Source of the DNA: Flavobacteriales bacterium
Lineage (GTDB): Bacteria > Bacteroidota > Bacteroidia > Flavobacteriales_F > PHOS-HE28
Reading direction: 5' to 3'
Length of the DNA stretch: 64,000 nucleotides
NCBI GenBank assembly: GCA_046306055.1
Contig: JBKDXR010000085.1
Coordinates: forward strand, 3,774 to 67,773
Shown here: positions 1-8,764 of the stretch, piece after piece
Position numbering within the stretch: position 1 is the stretch's first letter
Layout: every line of letters starts with the position of its first letter
Notes under the pieces: generated by a model
What the model was told of the DNA's origin: nothing
What the model saw: the letters and a program-made list of their open reading frames with translations, nothing else
The model's database searches: none
Made by a program: the position numbers and the translations under genes

Positions 1-871
1 AGCCATCGTCGCCCCGCACCTCCTGCTCCTGTGCACCGATGCCCGGTATGAGCATGATGTTGAGGAAACCGCGCTTCCAGAAGGCGAAGGTGTGCGCATA
101 GCCGGCGGTAAGGCTCACCGTCCACCGCTGCACTTCGGCCACCGATACGGGAGTGTAGTACTCGCCCTCTTCGTTGGGCGGAAGGAGGCGGCTGCCGGAG
201 CGCGTGCGCGAATACCAGAACGTGGCACCGGCGGTGAAGGTGCCGGCGCTGCGCTTCTGGCGCTCCATCTGCCACAGCGCTGCGGTCTGTGAATAGCGGC
301 GATGGTTGAACCCGTAGTTCAGCGAGGCGCCGTAGGTCACGTTCTCCAGGTCGCTGCGCACCGGATAAGGGTCGCCCTCCTCCCAATCGGACACGAGGAG
401 CACGGGGTCCTGCGCGTAGTACCCCTTGCTGCTGCGGATGAAGTTGCGGAACCACCAGCTGCGCCCCGTGTAGCCGAAGCCCAGGCCGCGGCTCTCGGTG
501 GTGCCGAGCGTGGTGTCCATGGTGCTCATGCCGGGGATGCTGGCGGTGTACTCCACGCCCAGCCACTTGTAGTCCAGCGCCAGGCCGTACTGGACCGGTG
601 TGTTCGTGCTGAACGTAAGGTCCCCGCCATCGCGGCGCTGCAGGCTCAGGGTGTTCTGCTGATAGAACATCACCGGGCTCAGCACAAGGTCGTTCCGGTA
701 GCTGGCCACGTAGGCCGTGTCGTAGTCGGGTCCTTGGGTGGTATCGCCGTTCAGCACCCTGTACACGGTGTCCCAGAACTGCCCGTGCACCGTTCCCAAC
801 GAGGCAACGGCGAGCAGCAGGAGTATGGAACGAAGGATTTCCAAGGCAGGCAAAGATGGCAACGGTGGCAT
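1..871 (-). CDS. DUF4421-like outer-membrane beta-barrel protein (3' end runs off the left edge; not in the ORF track)
   Basis: Manual translation of the minus strand. Signal peptide (LRSILLLLAVASLGTVHGQ), then YGLALDYKWLG, SKGYY, YGFNHRRYSQTAALWQMERQKRSAGTF and AGYAHTFAFWKRGF, typical of DUF4421. Start is ATG 871 or TTG 844. Confidence 0.7.
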   Translation of the reverse strand, partial: MPPLPSLPALEILRSILLLLAVASLGTVHGQFWDTVYRVLNGDTTQGPDYDTAYVASYRNDLVLSPVMFYQQNTLSLQRRDGGDLTFSTNTPVQYGLALDYKWLGVEYTASIPGMSTMDTTLGTTESRGLGFGYTGRSWWFRNFIRSSKGYYAQDPVLLVSDWEEGDPYPVRSDLENVTYGASLNYGFNHRRYSQTAALWQMERQKRSAGTFTAGATFWYSRTRSGSRLLPPNEEGEYYTPVSVAEVQRWTVSLTAGYAHTFAFWKRGFLNIMLIPGIGAQEQEVRGDDG

Positions 872-894
872 TGCGTTTACAAGGAGCGATGCGG

Positions 895-920
895 GAACCG
901 ATACCGTGCGATGATGTACC
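895..920 (+). promoter_or_regulatory. GAACC-N14-ATGTACC motif, ECF-sigma-like promoter (copy 1)
   Basis: Same bipartite motif and spacing as 1104-1129, 1620-1645 and 4660-4685. Confidence 0.5.
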
Positions 921-1084
921 AGCGCGCTTCGGTGCCGCTCCGGACAAGCGTGAGCGGGCGCGCTGCGGTGGATCACAGGCCTGCATCGGGCGGCTTGTGG
1001 GCGCCGGGCGAATACCGCGTGGTGCTGTTGGAGGGCGGGAAGAAGCCGTTGTTCGGTCCACCGTTCCATGTGGTGGAGCGGTGA
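910..1084 (+). pseudogene. Truncated paralogue (C-terminal remnant) of the two downstream secreted proteins
   Basis: Ends LWAPGEYRVVLLEGGKKPLFGPPFHVVER*, matching PWKPGEYRAVVLLVGDRELVGAPFRVV of 1137..1604. Lacks the signal peptide and Cys core but keeps the shared upstream motif at 895-920. Confidence 0.65.
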
Positions 1085-1103
1085 GCGGGTGCGCTGTTCC
1101 ATT

Positions 1104-1129
1104 GAACCGAAGCGCTGGTCGCGTGTACC
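1104..1129 (+). promoter_or_regulatory. GAACC-N14-GTGTACC motif (copy 2), 7 nt before ATG
   Basis: Seen in sequence; fixed 14-nt spacer. Confidence 0.55.
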
Positions 1130-1136
1130 GGCAAGC

Positions 1137-1604
1137 ATGCGTTCCCTCTTACTCCCCGCCGCGTTGGCGCTGGCGCCCTTACTGAACGCTCAGCCCATCG
1201 ACCCACCGCCGTTCATCCCCCCACCCGAACCATCGATCAGTCTGCACACGCGTTACGGGGTGCCCTCAGACCCGCTCTACCACCTGACCGATACCATCGT
1301 GGTGCACATCACCGGTGACGTGAAACTGGACGGCGGTTGTGGCAGCAGCACGCCTCTGTATGGCTTTCAACGCAGAGAGGGCGATGCGTGGGTGGACTAC
1401 TTGCCGCCCTGCAACGTGCAACTGTGCTGTGGCATGCCCTATCGCTGGTTCCAGGAGACCGTCGCCCTGATCCCTGCGCATGTGGCCCGACCGGCCTATG
1501 GCAGGCCATGGAAGCCCGGCGAGTACCGTGCGGTGGTGCTGCTGGTGGGTGATAGGGAGCTGGTGGGGGCGCCGTTCCGAGTGGTGGAGACGGGGTCGGA
1601 ATGA
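1137..1604 (+). CDS. Secreted hypothetical protein, Cys-containing putative Ig-like domain (paralogue A)
   Basis: Signal peptide MRSLLLPAALALAPLLNAQ, Pro-rich linker, LDGGC...PPCNVQLCCGMP...PGEYR; highly similar to 1653..2120. Confidence 0.8.
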   Translation: MRSLLLPAALALAPLLNAQPIDPPPFIPPPEPSISLHTRYGVPSDPLYHLTDTIVVHITGDVKLDGGCGSSTPLYGFQRREGDAWVDYLPPCNVQLCCGMPYRWFQETVALIPAHVARPAYGRPWKPGEYRAVVLLVGDRELVGAPFRVVETGSE

Positions 1605-1619
1605 GCAGGGCGTTCCGTT

Positions 1620-1645
1620 GAACCATCGTCCGGATCGCGTGTACC
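1620..1645 (+). promoter_or_regulatory. GAACC-N14-GTGTACC motif (copy 3), 7 nt before ATG
   Basis: Seen in sequence; fixed 14-nt spacer whose sequence differs from copy 2. Confidence 0.55.
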
Positions 1646-1652
1646 GTGCGGT

Positions 1653-2120
1653 ATGCGTCCTCCATTCCTGCTCTTCGCCCTGCTGCTCGCCCCAGCACTT
1701 GTTGCCCAGCCGGTGGACTGGCCCGACATCCACGCCCGCTTGGAGCCGGCGATCGGTCATGGGCACACACGCTCCGGTGTGCCGTCCAAACCGCTTTACC
1801 ACCTCAGCGACACCATCGTGGTGCGCATCACCGGCCATGTGAAGCTGGACGGCAGTTGCAGCGGCAGCACGCCCTTGTACGGTTTCCAGCGCAAGGAGGG
1901 CAAGGAGTGGACGGACTACCTGCCGCCCTGCAACGTGCAGCTGTGTTGCGGCATGCCCGACGCGGAATGGGTGCAGCACACGGTGGCCTTGGTGCCGGCG
2001 CATGTGGCGATGCCAGGTCGGCTCAGGCCCTGGAGGCCGGGAGAATACCGCGTGGTGGTGTTGCTGGTGGGGGATAAGGAGCTGGTGGGGCCGGCGTTCA
2101 CGGTGGTGGCGGGGGAGTGA
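1653..2120 (+). CDS. Secreted hypothetical protein (paralogue B)
   Basis: Signal peptide; LYHLSDTIVVRITGHVKLDGSC...DYLPPCNVQLCCGMP, a tandem duplicate of paralogue A. Confidence 0.8.
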   Translation: MRPPFLLFALLLAPALVAQPVDWPDIHARLEPAIGHGHTRSGVPSKPLYHLSDTIVVRITGHVKLDGSCSGSTPLYGFQRKEGKEWTDYLPPCNVQLCCGMPDAEWVQHTVALVPAHVAMPGRLRPWRPGEYRVVVLLVGDKELVGPAFTVVAGE

Positions 2121-2177
2121 AGCTGCCGCTATCTTGTCCTATCGCGGTTGACGGAAAGTGCGTCGATCGCGAATGGC

Positions 2178-3194
2178 ATGAGCAAACGACCAAAGAATAA
2201 CGAAGCCGCCGAAGAGGTGCTGATCTACCGCACCGAGGATGGACAGGTGCGTATGGACGTACGCAGTGATGGGGAAACTGTGTGGCTGAGCCAGGAGCAG
2301 ATGGCCGTTCTGTTCGACCGGGAAAGATCGGTCATCACCAAACACATCGGTAATGTGTTCGATGAAGGCGAACTGCTCAAGGAGAGCAATGTGCAAGAAT
2401 TGCACATTGCTCATTCCACCAAACCGATCAAGCTATACAGCCTGGATGTGATCATCTCGGTCGGATATCGCGTGAAGTCGGTGCGCGGCACCCAGTTCCG
2501 CATCTGGGCCACTCAGCGCTTGCGTGAGCACCTGATAAAGGGCTTTACGCTGGACGACCGTCGCTTCAAGGAGCAAAGCGCGCTGGACCGCTACTTCGAC
2601 GAACTGGTCGAGCGGATACGCGACATCGGAACCAGCGAGCGGCAGTTCTACCGGAAGGTGACGGACATCTACGCCACCAGCACCGATTATGACCCCGATG
2701 CGGAGGCCACACGGAAGTTCTATGCGACCGTTCAAAACAAGTTCCACTTTGCGATAACAGGATACACCGCTGCGGAGCTGATCGGTGGTAGGGCGAGCGC
2801 GGCAAAGCTGGACATGGGCCTGACCAATTGGCCGGGTGAGCGGATCCTGCCGCGAGATGTGACCGTGGCCAAGAACTACCTGAATGAGGATGAGCTGAAG
2901 CAGCTGAACAACATCGTTGAACAGTACCTGGCGTTTGCGGAATCGCAGGCGTTGCGCAGGAAGCCGATGAGCATGATGGACTGGATCGACAAGTTGCACG
3001 GCTTCCTCACCCTGAACGAACGCGAGGTGCTGGAGGGGGTGGGCCACTTGAGCAAGGAAGAGGCGGATGACCACGCCTTGCGCGAGTATGCCAGGTTCCG
3101 CGAGGCGAACCGCATTGGTCCGGACAATGAGAGCGATTTCGACAAGGCCGTGAAGCGCCTGAAGGGTGGGTCATCAGGAACTGGCAGTGAGTGA
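2178..3194 (+). CDS. rhuM: RhuM family (virulence RhuM / Bro-like DNA-binding) protein
   Basis: ETVWLSQEQMAVLF, YSLDVIISVGYRVKSVRGTQFRIWAT, SERQFYRKVTDIYATSTDYD, VQNKFHFAITGYTAAE, AKNYLNEDEL. Confidence 0.9.
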   Translation: MSKRPKNNEAAEEVLIYRTEDGQVRMDVRSDGETVWLSQEQMAVLFDRERSVITKHIGNVFDEGELLKESNVQELHIAHSTKPIKLYSLDVIISVGYRVKSVRGTQFRIWATQRLREHLIKGFTLDDRRFKEQSALDRYFDELVERIRDIGTSERQFYRKVTDIYATSTDYDPDAEATRKFYATVQNKFHFAITGYTAAELIGGRASAAKLDMGLTNWPGERILPRDVTVAKNYLNEDELKQLNNIVEQYLAFAESQALRRKPMSMMDWIDKLHGFLTLNEREVLEGVGHLSKEEADDHALREYARFREANRIGPDNESDFDKAVKRLKGGSSGTGSE

Positions 3195-3225
3195 TCGTCG
3201 TGGATCGCGATACGGCATTGCAGAC

Positions 3226-3628
3226 ATGAAGAAGCAACAGAACCAGGAGTTGTCCACGCGCCTCGAAGCCAAGGGCGACGAGGCGCTCTTCGGCGGAGCC
3301 AGTACCAACGACATGAAGCGCAAGCTGGGCGCGCCGGATGGCCGTCCGCTCGCCGACTTCCTTTCAACCCTCGCCATCAAGGCCAAGGACTTGGCCACGG
3401 AGATGACGAGCCACAACGTGTTGGAGAAGGACCTGCGTGGCACCCGGTCCATCGGCGATGAGCATGTGGCCAGCAACAAGGCCGTCCGCCGTACGGCGGA
3501 TGCTCGCACGGGGCATCAAGCCGGAGGAACTGCCGCCCAGCGAGGACGTGAAGAAAGTGGAGCGCCGCTTGAAGAGCGAGGCGAAGCAGGTGAAGCAGGG
3601 CGCGAAGCGGTTGCGGCCGAAGAAGTGA
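3226..3628 (+). pseudogene. dinD: dinD (DNA damage-inducible protein D) C-terminal fragment, frameshifted
   Basis: KGDEALFGG..DMKRKLG..RPLADFL..IKAKDLATEMTSHNV..EHVASNKAVR in one frame continues as RGIKPEELPPSEDVKKVERRLKSE in another. The shift coincides with a 7-bp imperfect duplication at 3481-3494. N-terminal half absent. Confidence 0.8.
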
Positions 3629-3671
3629 CCGGATCGAGCGCGTTCGGGCATCATCTTTGGTGTCCAGCACC

Positions 3672-4616
3672 ATGCACCTGCGTCATTCGTTCCCCCTCAT
3701 CCTGACCTGCCTGCTGGCGGGGTTCGGTCATTCCTCCTCCTGGGCCCAGCCCCTCGTTGTGGTCGTTTACGATGAGGAAGGCCGTCCGTTGCCGGGTGCC
3801 CACGTGAGCCTGCGCGACGCGCGCGACCGCGGGGTGAAGCCGACGAGAAAGAAGGACGGCGTCTTCACCTTCGAGGAGGTGCCGGAGGGCTACGATGCCC
3901 TGCAGGTGAAGGCCGCCGGCAAGTTGTTGAACGGCTGCCAGTGGTATGGGTCCCTGCCTGACACGGTGCGGATGACGATGCGCAAGGGGCCGTATTTCCT
4001 GATCGATGAAGGGTATCGTCAACCCCGGCTGGTCTTCGATGAGCGGCGCCTGGAAGTGGACTACCACCGTGGCTTTCGCACGGACAGCCTGCGGCCCTGG
4101 TTCGCGGAACAGGGTCTGGTGTGTGAGCCCCATACCTGCACCTATTTGCGGCGGAAGAACGGCGGCAAGTTCAAGCTGCACCACAACACGGAGTTGGAAG
4201 CGGTGCGCAAGAACCCAGTGGTCAATACGGCCGGGCTCTATGCCGAGCACCAGAAGCGCGATCTCCATGAATGGGTAGGCGTTACGCCGTACGCGGGGCT
4301 CAGCATGACCCAGCAGCACCAGTTCACGGGCATCGTGCGGATCACGTTCAATGGTTCGGCGATGAAGGTGCAGGTTGCCCAGTGGTACCTGATGGAGATC
4401 AACCGGCTGCTCCATGCGTTCGGCTTCCGGTTGACGGAGACCGCTTCCGGCTACGCGGATGAAAGGATACTCTCCGCGGCGTTCAGCGATCGTGGTGTGG
4501 AAGCGAAGCCTGTCTCCGGTCTGGCAGGGCCTTTCCTGATCGGGCAGCTGGAGCAACTGGCGCGGCATCCGTATGTGGGGAAGGTGGAGCTGGTGGTGCC
4601 GATGATGTTGGATTGA
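3672..4616 (+). CDS. Secreted protein with N-terminal carboxypeptidase-regulatory-like domain
   Basis: Signal peptide, then VVVYDEEGRPLPGAHVSL...DGVFTFEEVPEG. Confidence 0.7.
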   Translation: MHLRHSFPLILTCLLAGFGHSSSWAQPLVVVVYDEEGRPLPGAHVSLRDARDRGVKPTRKKDGVFTFEEVPEGYDALQVKAAGKLLNGCQWYGSLPDTVRMTMRKGPYFLIDEGYRQPRLVFDERRLEVDYHRGFRTDSLRPWFAEQGLVCEPHTCTYLRRKNGGKFKLHHNTELEAVRKNPVVNTAGLYAEHQKRDLHEWVGVTPYAGLSMTQQHQFTGIVRITFNGSAMKVQVAQWYLMEINRLLHAFGFRLTETASGYADERILSAAFSDRGVEAKPVSGLAGPFLIGQLEQLARHPYVGKVELVVPMMLD

Positions 4617-4659
4617 GGTGGACAATGAGGGTCGATGCGCCAACGTGCGCCCAACGCGT

Positions 4660-4685
4660 GAACTTCGGCTCATCTTCGGTGTACC
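4660..4685 (+). promoter_or_regulatory. GAACT-N14-GTGTACC motif (copy 4), 8 nt before ATG
   Basis: Seen in sequence upstream of a gene that is not a tandem copy of paralogues A/B. Confidence 0.5.
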
Positions 4686-4693
4686 ATAGCCCG

Positions 4694-5554
4694 ATGCGCC
4701 ACCTCCTAGCCGTCCTTCTCCTTGCCTCTGGACTCCATGCCGGAGCGCAGTTCGACAAGTTCTCGTTCCGCCACAACTACGCCTTCATCGAGGATGGTCC
4801 CACGCTTACGCCGTTGAAGGGCACCTACCGCGTGGAGTACATCGGGCGCGGGCAATACTGGACCGTGACCGATCCTCGCTGGCCTGTTTTCCTCCCCGGT
4901 CAGCCACGCAGCTTGACCCCATGCATCAAGGTGAACGGCGCTCCGTTGATGGTGGTGGAAATGCGCGGGATCTTCGGCTACCCGGATAACAAGCTGATCG
5001 TGCTGCGAGGAACGGACACCATGATCGTGGACCTGAACCTGGACGGGCGCATGGAGACGCTCATGTTGGAGCGCACCGCCAAGCTCGGTGTGCCACCGCG
5101 TCCACCCGTGCTGCTGCCGTTCCGCAAAGGCTGGTTCACCAATATCGACCTCGTGCTGGAGCCGAACACGATGGCACTCACCGAACGCTTCGACGCGCTA
5201 TGGGCGGAACGGCGCACCGAGGTGCTCGCGCTCTACGATACGGCCCGCCATTCGTTCACGCTCGAGTCGGACGGCCTCCGTACCGGGCCCTTGTCCATCA
5301 ATATCGATCGCAACCCGAACTATGCGCACCACCTGCTTGAGTTCCCGGCGAGTGGACCTGGGACGCGCTTCGAGCTGTACCTGCAGGACAGCACGGGCGT
5401 GACGAGCGAGGCGATGAGCTTGCGAGTGGACATGCCGGCCGATGGCGTGACGAGCAAGTGGGAGGACATCACCGAACTGCCGTATGGTCGATACACCGCC
5501 TACCTGCGCTGGGGTGCGCATGAGAGCCTGTTCTACTTGACGTTCGGGTGGTGA
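4694..5554 (+). CDS. Secreted hypothetical protein
   Basis: Signal peptide MRHLLAVLLLASGLHAGAQ; shares GTDTMxxDL...FRKG motif with the next gene; TGA/ATG overlap with it. Confidence 0.75.
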   Translation: MRHLLAVLLLASGLHAGAQFDKFSFRHNYAFIEDGPTLTPLKGTYRVEYIGRGQYWTVTDPRWPVFLPGQPRSLTPCIKVNGAPLMVVEMRGIFGYPDNKLIVLRGTDTMIVDLNLDGRMETLMLERTAKLGVPPRPPVLLPFRKGWFTNIDLVLEPNTMALTERFDALWAERRTEVLALYDTARHSFTLESDGLRTGPLSINIDRNPNYAHHLLEFPASGPGTRFELYLQDSTGVTSEAMSLRVDMPADGVTSKWEDITELPYGRYTAYLRWGAHESLFYLTFGW

Positions 5555-6570
5555 TGGCACGCATGCCCTATCACTTCCGATCCGTTCTGCTGTTGATCCT
5601 CGTGGTGACGGCCGGTCCGACCCTGGCCCAGCCTCAGCCCCCCGACTTCTGCTTCGTGATCTCCCAGCCCGGCAACGCGGACGATCCCTTGGATCGCCCC
5701 TATGAGGTGAATCAGCACTACCAGGAACGGGTGTTCTACTACAACTCGGACCAGTTCTGGCTGAAGCCCGATACCACGATCACCTTGCAGAGCGGTGATC
5801 TGTTCAAGGAAGGGAACGGTGGTTGGCGCGTGTTCACACCTGTTACCGGTGTAGCCGAAAGCCGCATCCTGGTGGTGATCGCAGGGACCGACACCATGCG
5901 CATCGACCTGCCGGATGACATGCAGCCGCTCATCGACCGGGCGTGGGCGCGCTGGGACCGTCCCTCGCCTGATGTGATCCGCTTTCGCAAGGGACGCTAT
6001 GCCGTGGAGGAATTGATCGCAGAACCAAGGTCGGTGGCTGCGGCGAACACGCTGGCCAAGCGACTGATCACCGCGGATGACGCGGCCTACAAGCAGGATC
6101 TCGCAGCCTTGGAAGAATACTACCGCACCCTTCCGCCGCCCGTTCCGCCGGTGCCGCCTTACTCCCCTCCGCCACCTATGACCGAGGAGGGCTGGGCTGC
6201 GTACTGGGCACAACAACCGCCGTTGAAGGAGGTGCATGTCGACAGCGTGAGCGCCGATACGGTGTGGGTGCGCCTTACCGGTCGCGTGATGCTGGATGGC
6301 GGTTGCGCGAGCGGCATGCCCTTGTTCGGCATCGAAATGCGCACGGACACCGGCTGGGTGGAGCGCATTCCCTTCGACATGACCCAGATGGACTGTGGCA
6401 TGCCGTGGGCGGACTGGGACGATCGCCTGGTCACGCTTCCGGCCCTGCGGTGGAGGGTTTCCGCGCATCAACCCGAGGGGAAGAAGACGATGTCTCCAGG
6501 GAGATACCGGCTGTTCTTCTTGGGCGGGGACCTGAAGCGGTTGTGGACGGAGGCGTTCAACTTCTTGTGA
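5554..6570 (+). CDS. Secreted two-domain hypothetical protein; C-terminal domain homologous to paralogues A/B
   Basis: Signal peptide; GTDTMRIDL...IRFRKG; poly-Pro linker; DTVWVRLTGRVMLDGGCASGMPLFG...MDCGMP...PGRYR. Confidence 0.8.
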   Translation: MARMPYHFRSVLLLILVVTAGPTLAQPQPPDFCFVISQPGNADDPLDRPYEVNQHYQERVFYYNSDQFWLKPDTTITLQSGDLFKEGNGGWRVFTPVTGVAESRILVVIAGTDTMRIDLPDDMQPLIDRAWARWDRPSPDVIRFRKGRYAVEELIAEPRSVAAANTLAKRLITADDAAYKQDLAALEEYYRTLPPPVPPVPPYSPPPPMTEEGWAAYWAQQPPLKEVHVDSVSADTVWVRLTGRVMLDGGCASGMPLFGIEMRTDTGWVERIPFDMTQMDCGMPWADWDDRLVTLPALRWRVSAHQPEGKKTMSPGRYRLFFLGGDLKRLWTEAFNFL

Positions 6571-6931
6571 GCCTGAAGCCGGCCACCACCTCCACCAATC
6601 CCAACGATGCGATCAGCCCCTGCAGCCAGAAGAGCTCCGTCATCATCACTTGAACGCCGATCCAGATCAAGGTGCCGGTACCGAGGATCAGCGCCGCACG
6701 CGCCGTGATCGGAGAGCGACGCACGGTCAGCACAAAGCCGACCAAGTGGCCAACACCAAGCACGCCGAACAGCACCGCTCCCGGCCAGAAGTAATCGGCG
6801 AAGAGGGTGCTGTGCATGAAGTCGCTGGGCAATTGGAGCATGGACCCATCGGGTGCCACCATCAATAGGATGCCGCCGGCCATGGCATTCAGCGCGAGAA
6901 AGCCTTGGGTGAGGAGGAGCAGGATGCGCAT
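6557..6931 (-). CDS. Small four-TM membrane protein
   Basis: Four hydrophobic segments; GGILLMVAPDGS...LFADYFWPG motif; CAACTTTG box just upstream on the minus strand. Confidence 0.75.
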   Translation of the reverse strand: MRILLLLTQGFLALNAMAGGILLMVAPDGSMLQLPSDFMHSTLFADYFWPGAVLFGVLGVGHLVGFVLTVRRSPITARAALILGTGTLIWIGVQVMMTELFWLQGLIASLGLVEVVAGFRLTRS

Positions 6932-6963
6932 GGTGCAAAGTTGGCTACCTATGGCTTTGTAGC

Positions 6964-7017
6964 GTCGACCCTCCGGGTCGACATGAACTGAAAGCATTGC
7001 AGCATCGACCCTCCGGG
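6964..7017. repeat. REP-like palindrome GTCGACCC-TCC-GGGTCGAC plus a partial second copy
   Basis: Perfect 8-bp stem at 6964-6982; TCGACCCTCCGGG repeated at 7005-7017. Confidence 0.5.
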
Positions 7018-7046
7018 ATGGGTGCGACTCCGGGATGGGGGGCGAC

Positions 7047-7208
7047 CTAACTGCGTCGCAGGAGATCGCGCCCTAGGTAGAGCAGCACACCCACTACGAA
7101 CAGGATGTTCACGCTGCGTGCGAAGGGAGGCGCGCCGGCAGGCCATAACTGGCCCAGCAGGACCATAACGCCCAACACGAAGAGGGTGATGCGAACGATG
7201 CGGAGCAT
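7047..7208 (-). CDS. 53-aa two-TM small protein (below the ORF-track cutoff)
   Basis: MLRIVRITLFVLGVMVLLGQLWPAGAPPFARSVNILFVVGVLLYLGRDLLRRS*; TAACCTTG promoter-like box upstream. Confidence 0.65.
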   Translation of the reverse strand: MLRIVRITLFVLGVMVLLGQLWPAGAPPFARSVNILFVVGVLLYLGRDLLRRS

Positions 7209-7411
7209 CGTGGTTCGTTACGCAAGGTTAGTGCACTGGACGTGAAGGGTCAATGGTGAGTTCGCGATGAGCGACCATTCGGCCCGCTGTGCGTTCTCGG
7301 TCCATCACGCATCCCGCGTTCGCAACCACCTCGGCCGTCAACGTGCGGTCCGAGGGGTATCGGAGAAGTGCTTCGTGTATCAGATGGATGGTCGAGCCAT
7401 GCGCGCCGTCC

Positions 7412-8680
7412 TTACTCCATCCCGGCGACCACCTTTACCGTATGGTCACCGGTGCGCAGTACATACACCCCCGGCGTTCCCACCGCCAGGAAGTGTCGGT
7501 CAGTGGTCGCGGTGGTTGCTTGTACCGGTCGGCCTTGTGCGTCCAGGAGCTGTAGGGTGCCCAGCTTCCGGCCATCCACCGTGTGCACCCACAGGCCACC
7601 TGGTGTGGTGGATACGATCAACCCTGGTGCCTTGTCATCGGCGATGCCTTCTGGCGTCTCCACGCAATAGGGGAGCAGCACGAAGCTCAGATCCACGGGC
7701 AGCGACCATACCACTGGCCAAAGCTCCGTTGACGTTAACCCTGGTCCGGCCACGTAGTACATGGGCGCTCCGCCGGTGGGAGGTGATAGGGGCGATACGT
7801 TCATGCCATAGTTGCCAGGTGTCAGGCAGATCGTGTCCATGTCCTGTTGAACATCCGCCGTGAGCACGAATTGGCCGTTGGCCACATCGCCACCATCGTT
7901 GAAGATGGTCCAATTGAAAGTGCCGATGGGCAGCGCACCACCGAAGTTGCCGAGCGAGGGGTAGACCGCAACGCAGCTGGTGTTCGGGCACAGGTCGAAG
8001 GTCTGCTCCCACGTGCAGGCCAGTGTGGTGGTGAAGCCGGTCCAGAGCTCCAGCCTGCCTTCAAAAGGCCCAACGGGTGCTTCAACGTCGTCCATCAGCC
8101 GCAGCGTGTGCCAGCTGTCCTGTGCAATGGCGAAGTAGGTCACGGTCTCCAATGCGAGCAGATCGCCTTGCGCATCGTAGAGGATGAAGTTCGGATAGTC
8201 GAACTGTTCCACGGTGTTGTGTTGCACATGCACCACGATGGCCGTGTCGCTGAAGTAGGCCCACTGCACATCAATGGTCAGGTCCTCGCAAGGGAACACC
8301 GGTCCGCTCACAGTGAACGTGTGCTGGGCGAGTGGTGCCCCATCGAGGATACCTGTGCTGGCGTCGGTGAAGTCGATGGTGTAGGTGCCGGCGGGCAGCT
8401 GGCCCAGCTCGATCACTTCGGTGTGCGGTACCAACACGGTGATGCCACCATTGCTCATGGCCACCAAGGTGATGCTCACTGTTCCGCCGCTCACATCAGC
8501 CAACGCCGTTTGGATGTAAGCACCACCATCGCTGAGGTTGCCGATCAGCGAAAGGCTCACGTTGTCGGCCGTGGTGGGGTTGGCGGGTTGTACCGCGATC
8601 TGGTCCAGGTAGAAGTAGGTCTGCGCCTGGCCGATCAGGGTCGCGAACAGGAAGAGGAGGATGGATAAGGTCCGGTTCAT
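7412..8680 (-). CDS. Secreted protein with T9SS-type C-terminal sorting domain
   Basis: Signal peptide; Ig-like repeats with paired Cys; C-terminus LLDAQGR...PGVYVLR...TVKVV. Confidence 0.8.
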   Translation of the reverse strand: MNRTLSILLFLFATLIGQAQTYFYLDQIAVQPANPTTADNVSLSLIGNLSDGGAYIQTALADVSGGTVSITLVAMSNGGITVLVPHTEVIELGQLPAGTYTIDFTDASTGILDGAPLAQHTFTVSGPVFPCEDLTIDVQWAYFSDTAIVVHVQHNTVEQFDYPNFILYDAQGDLLALETVTYFAIAQDSWHTLRLMDDVEAPVGPFEGRLELWTGFTTTLACTWEQTFDLCPNTSCVAVYPSLGNFGGALPIGTFNWTIFNDGGDVANGQFVLTADVQQDMDTICLTPGNYGMNVSPLSPPTGGAPMYYVAGPGLTSTELWPVVWSLPVDLSFVLLPYCVETPEGIADDKAPGLIVSTTPGGLWVHTVDGRKLGTLQLLDAQGRPVQATTATTDRHFLAVGTPGVYVLRTGDHTVKVVAGME

Positions 8681-8764
8681 GTGCGGATGACGTTCGTAAG
8701 GTGCGTGAATGCTGCCTGAAGGTACGAACGGCGTGATGAGCGGTGAGCGTTTCCGAGGTCCGCC

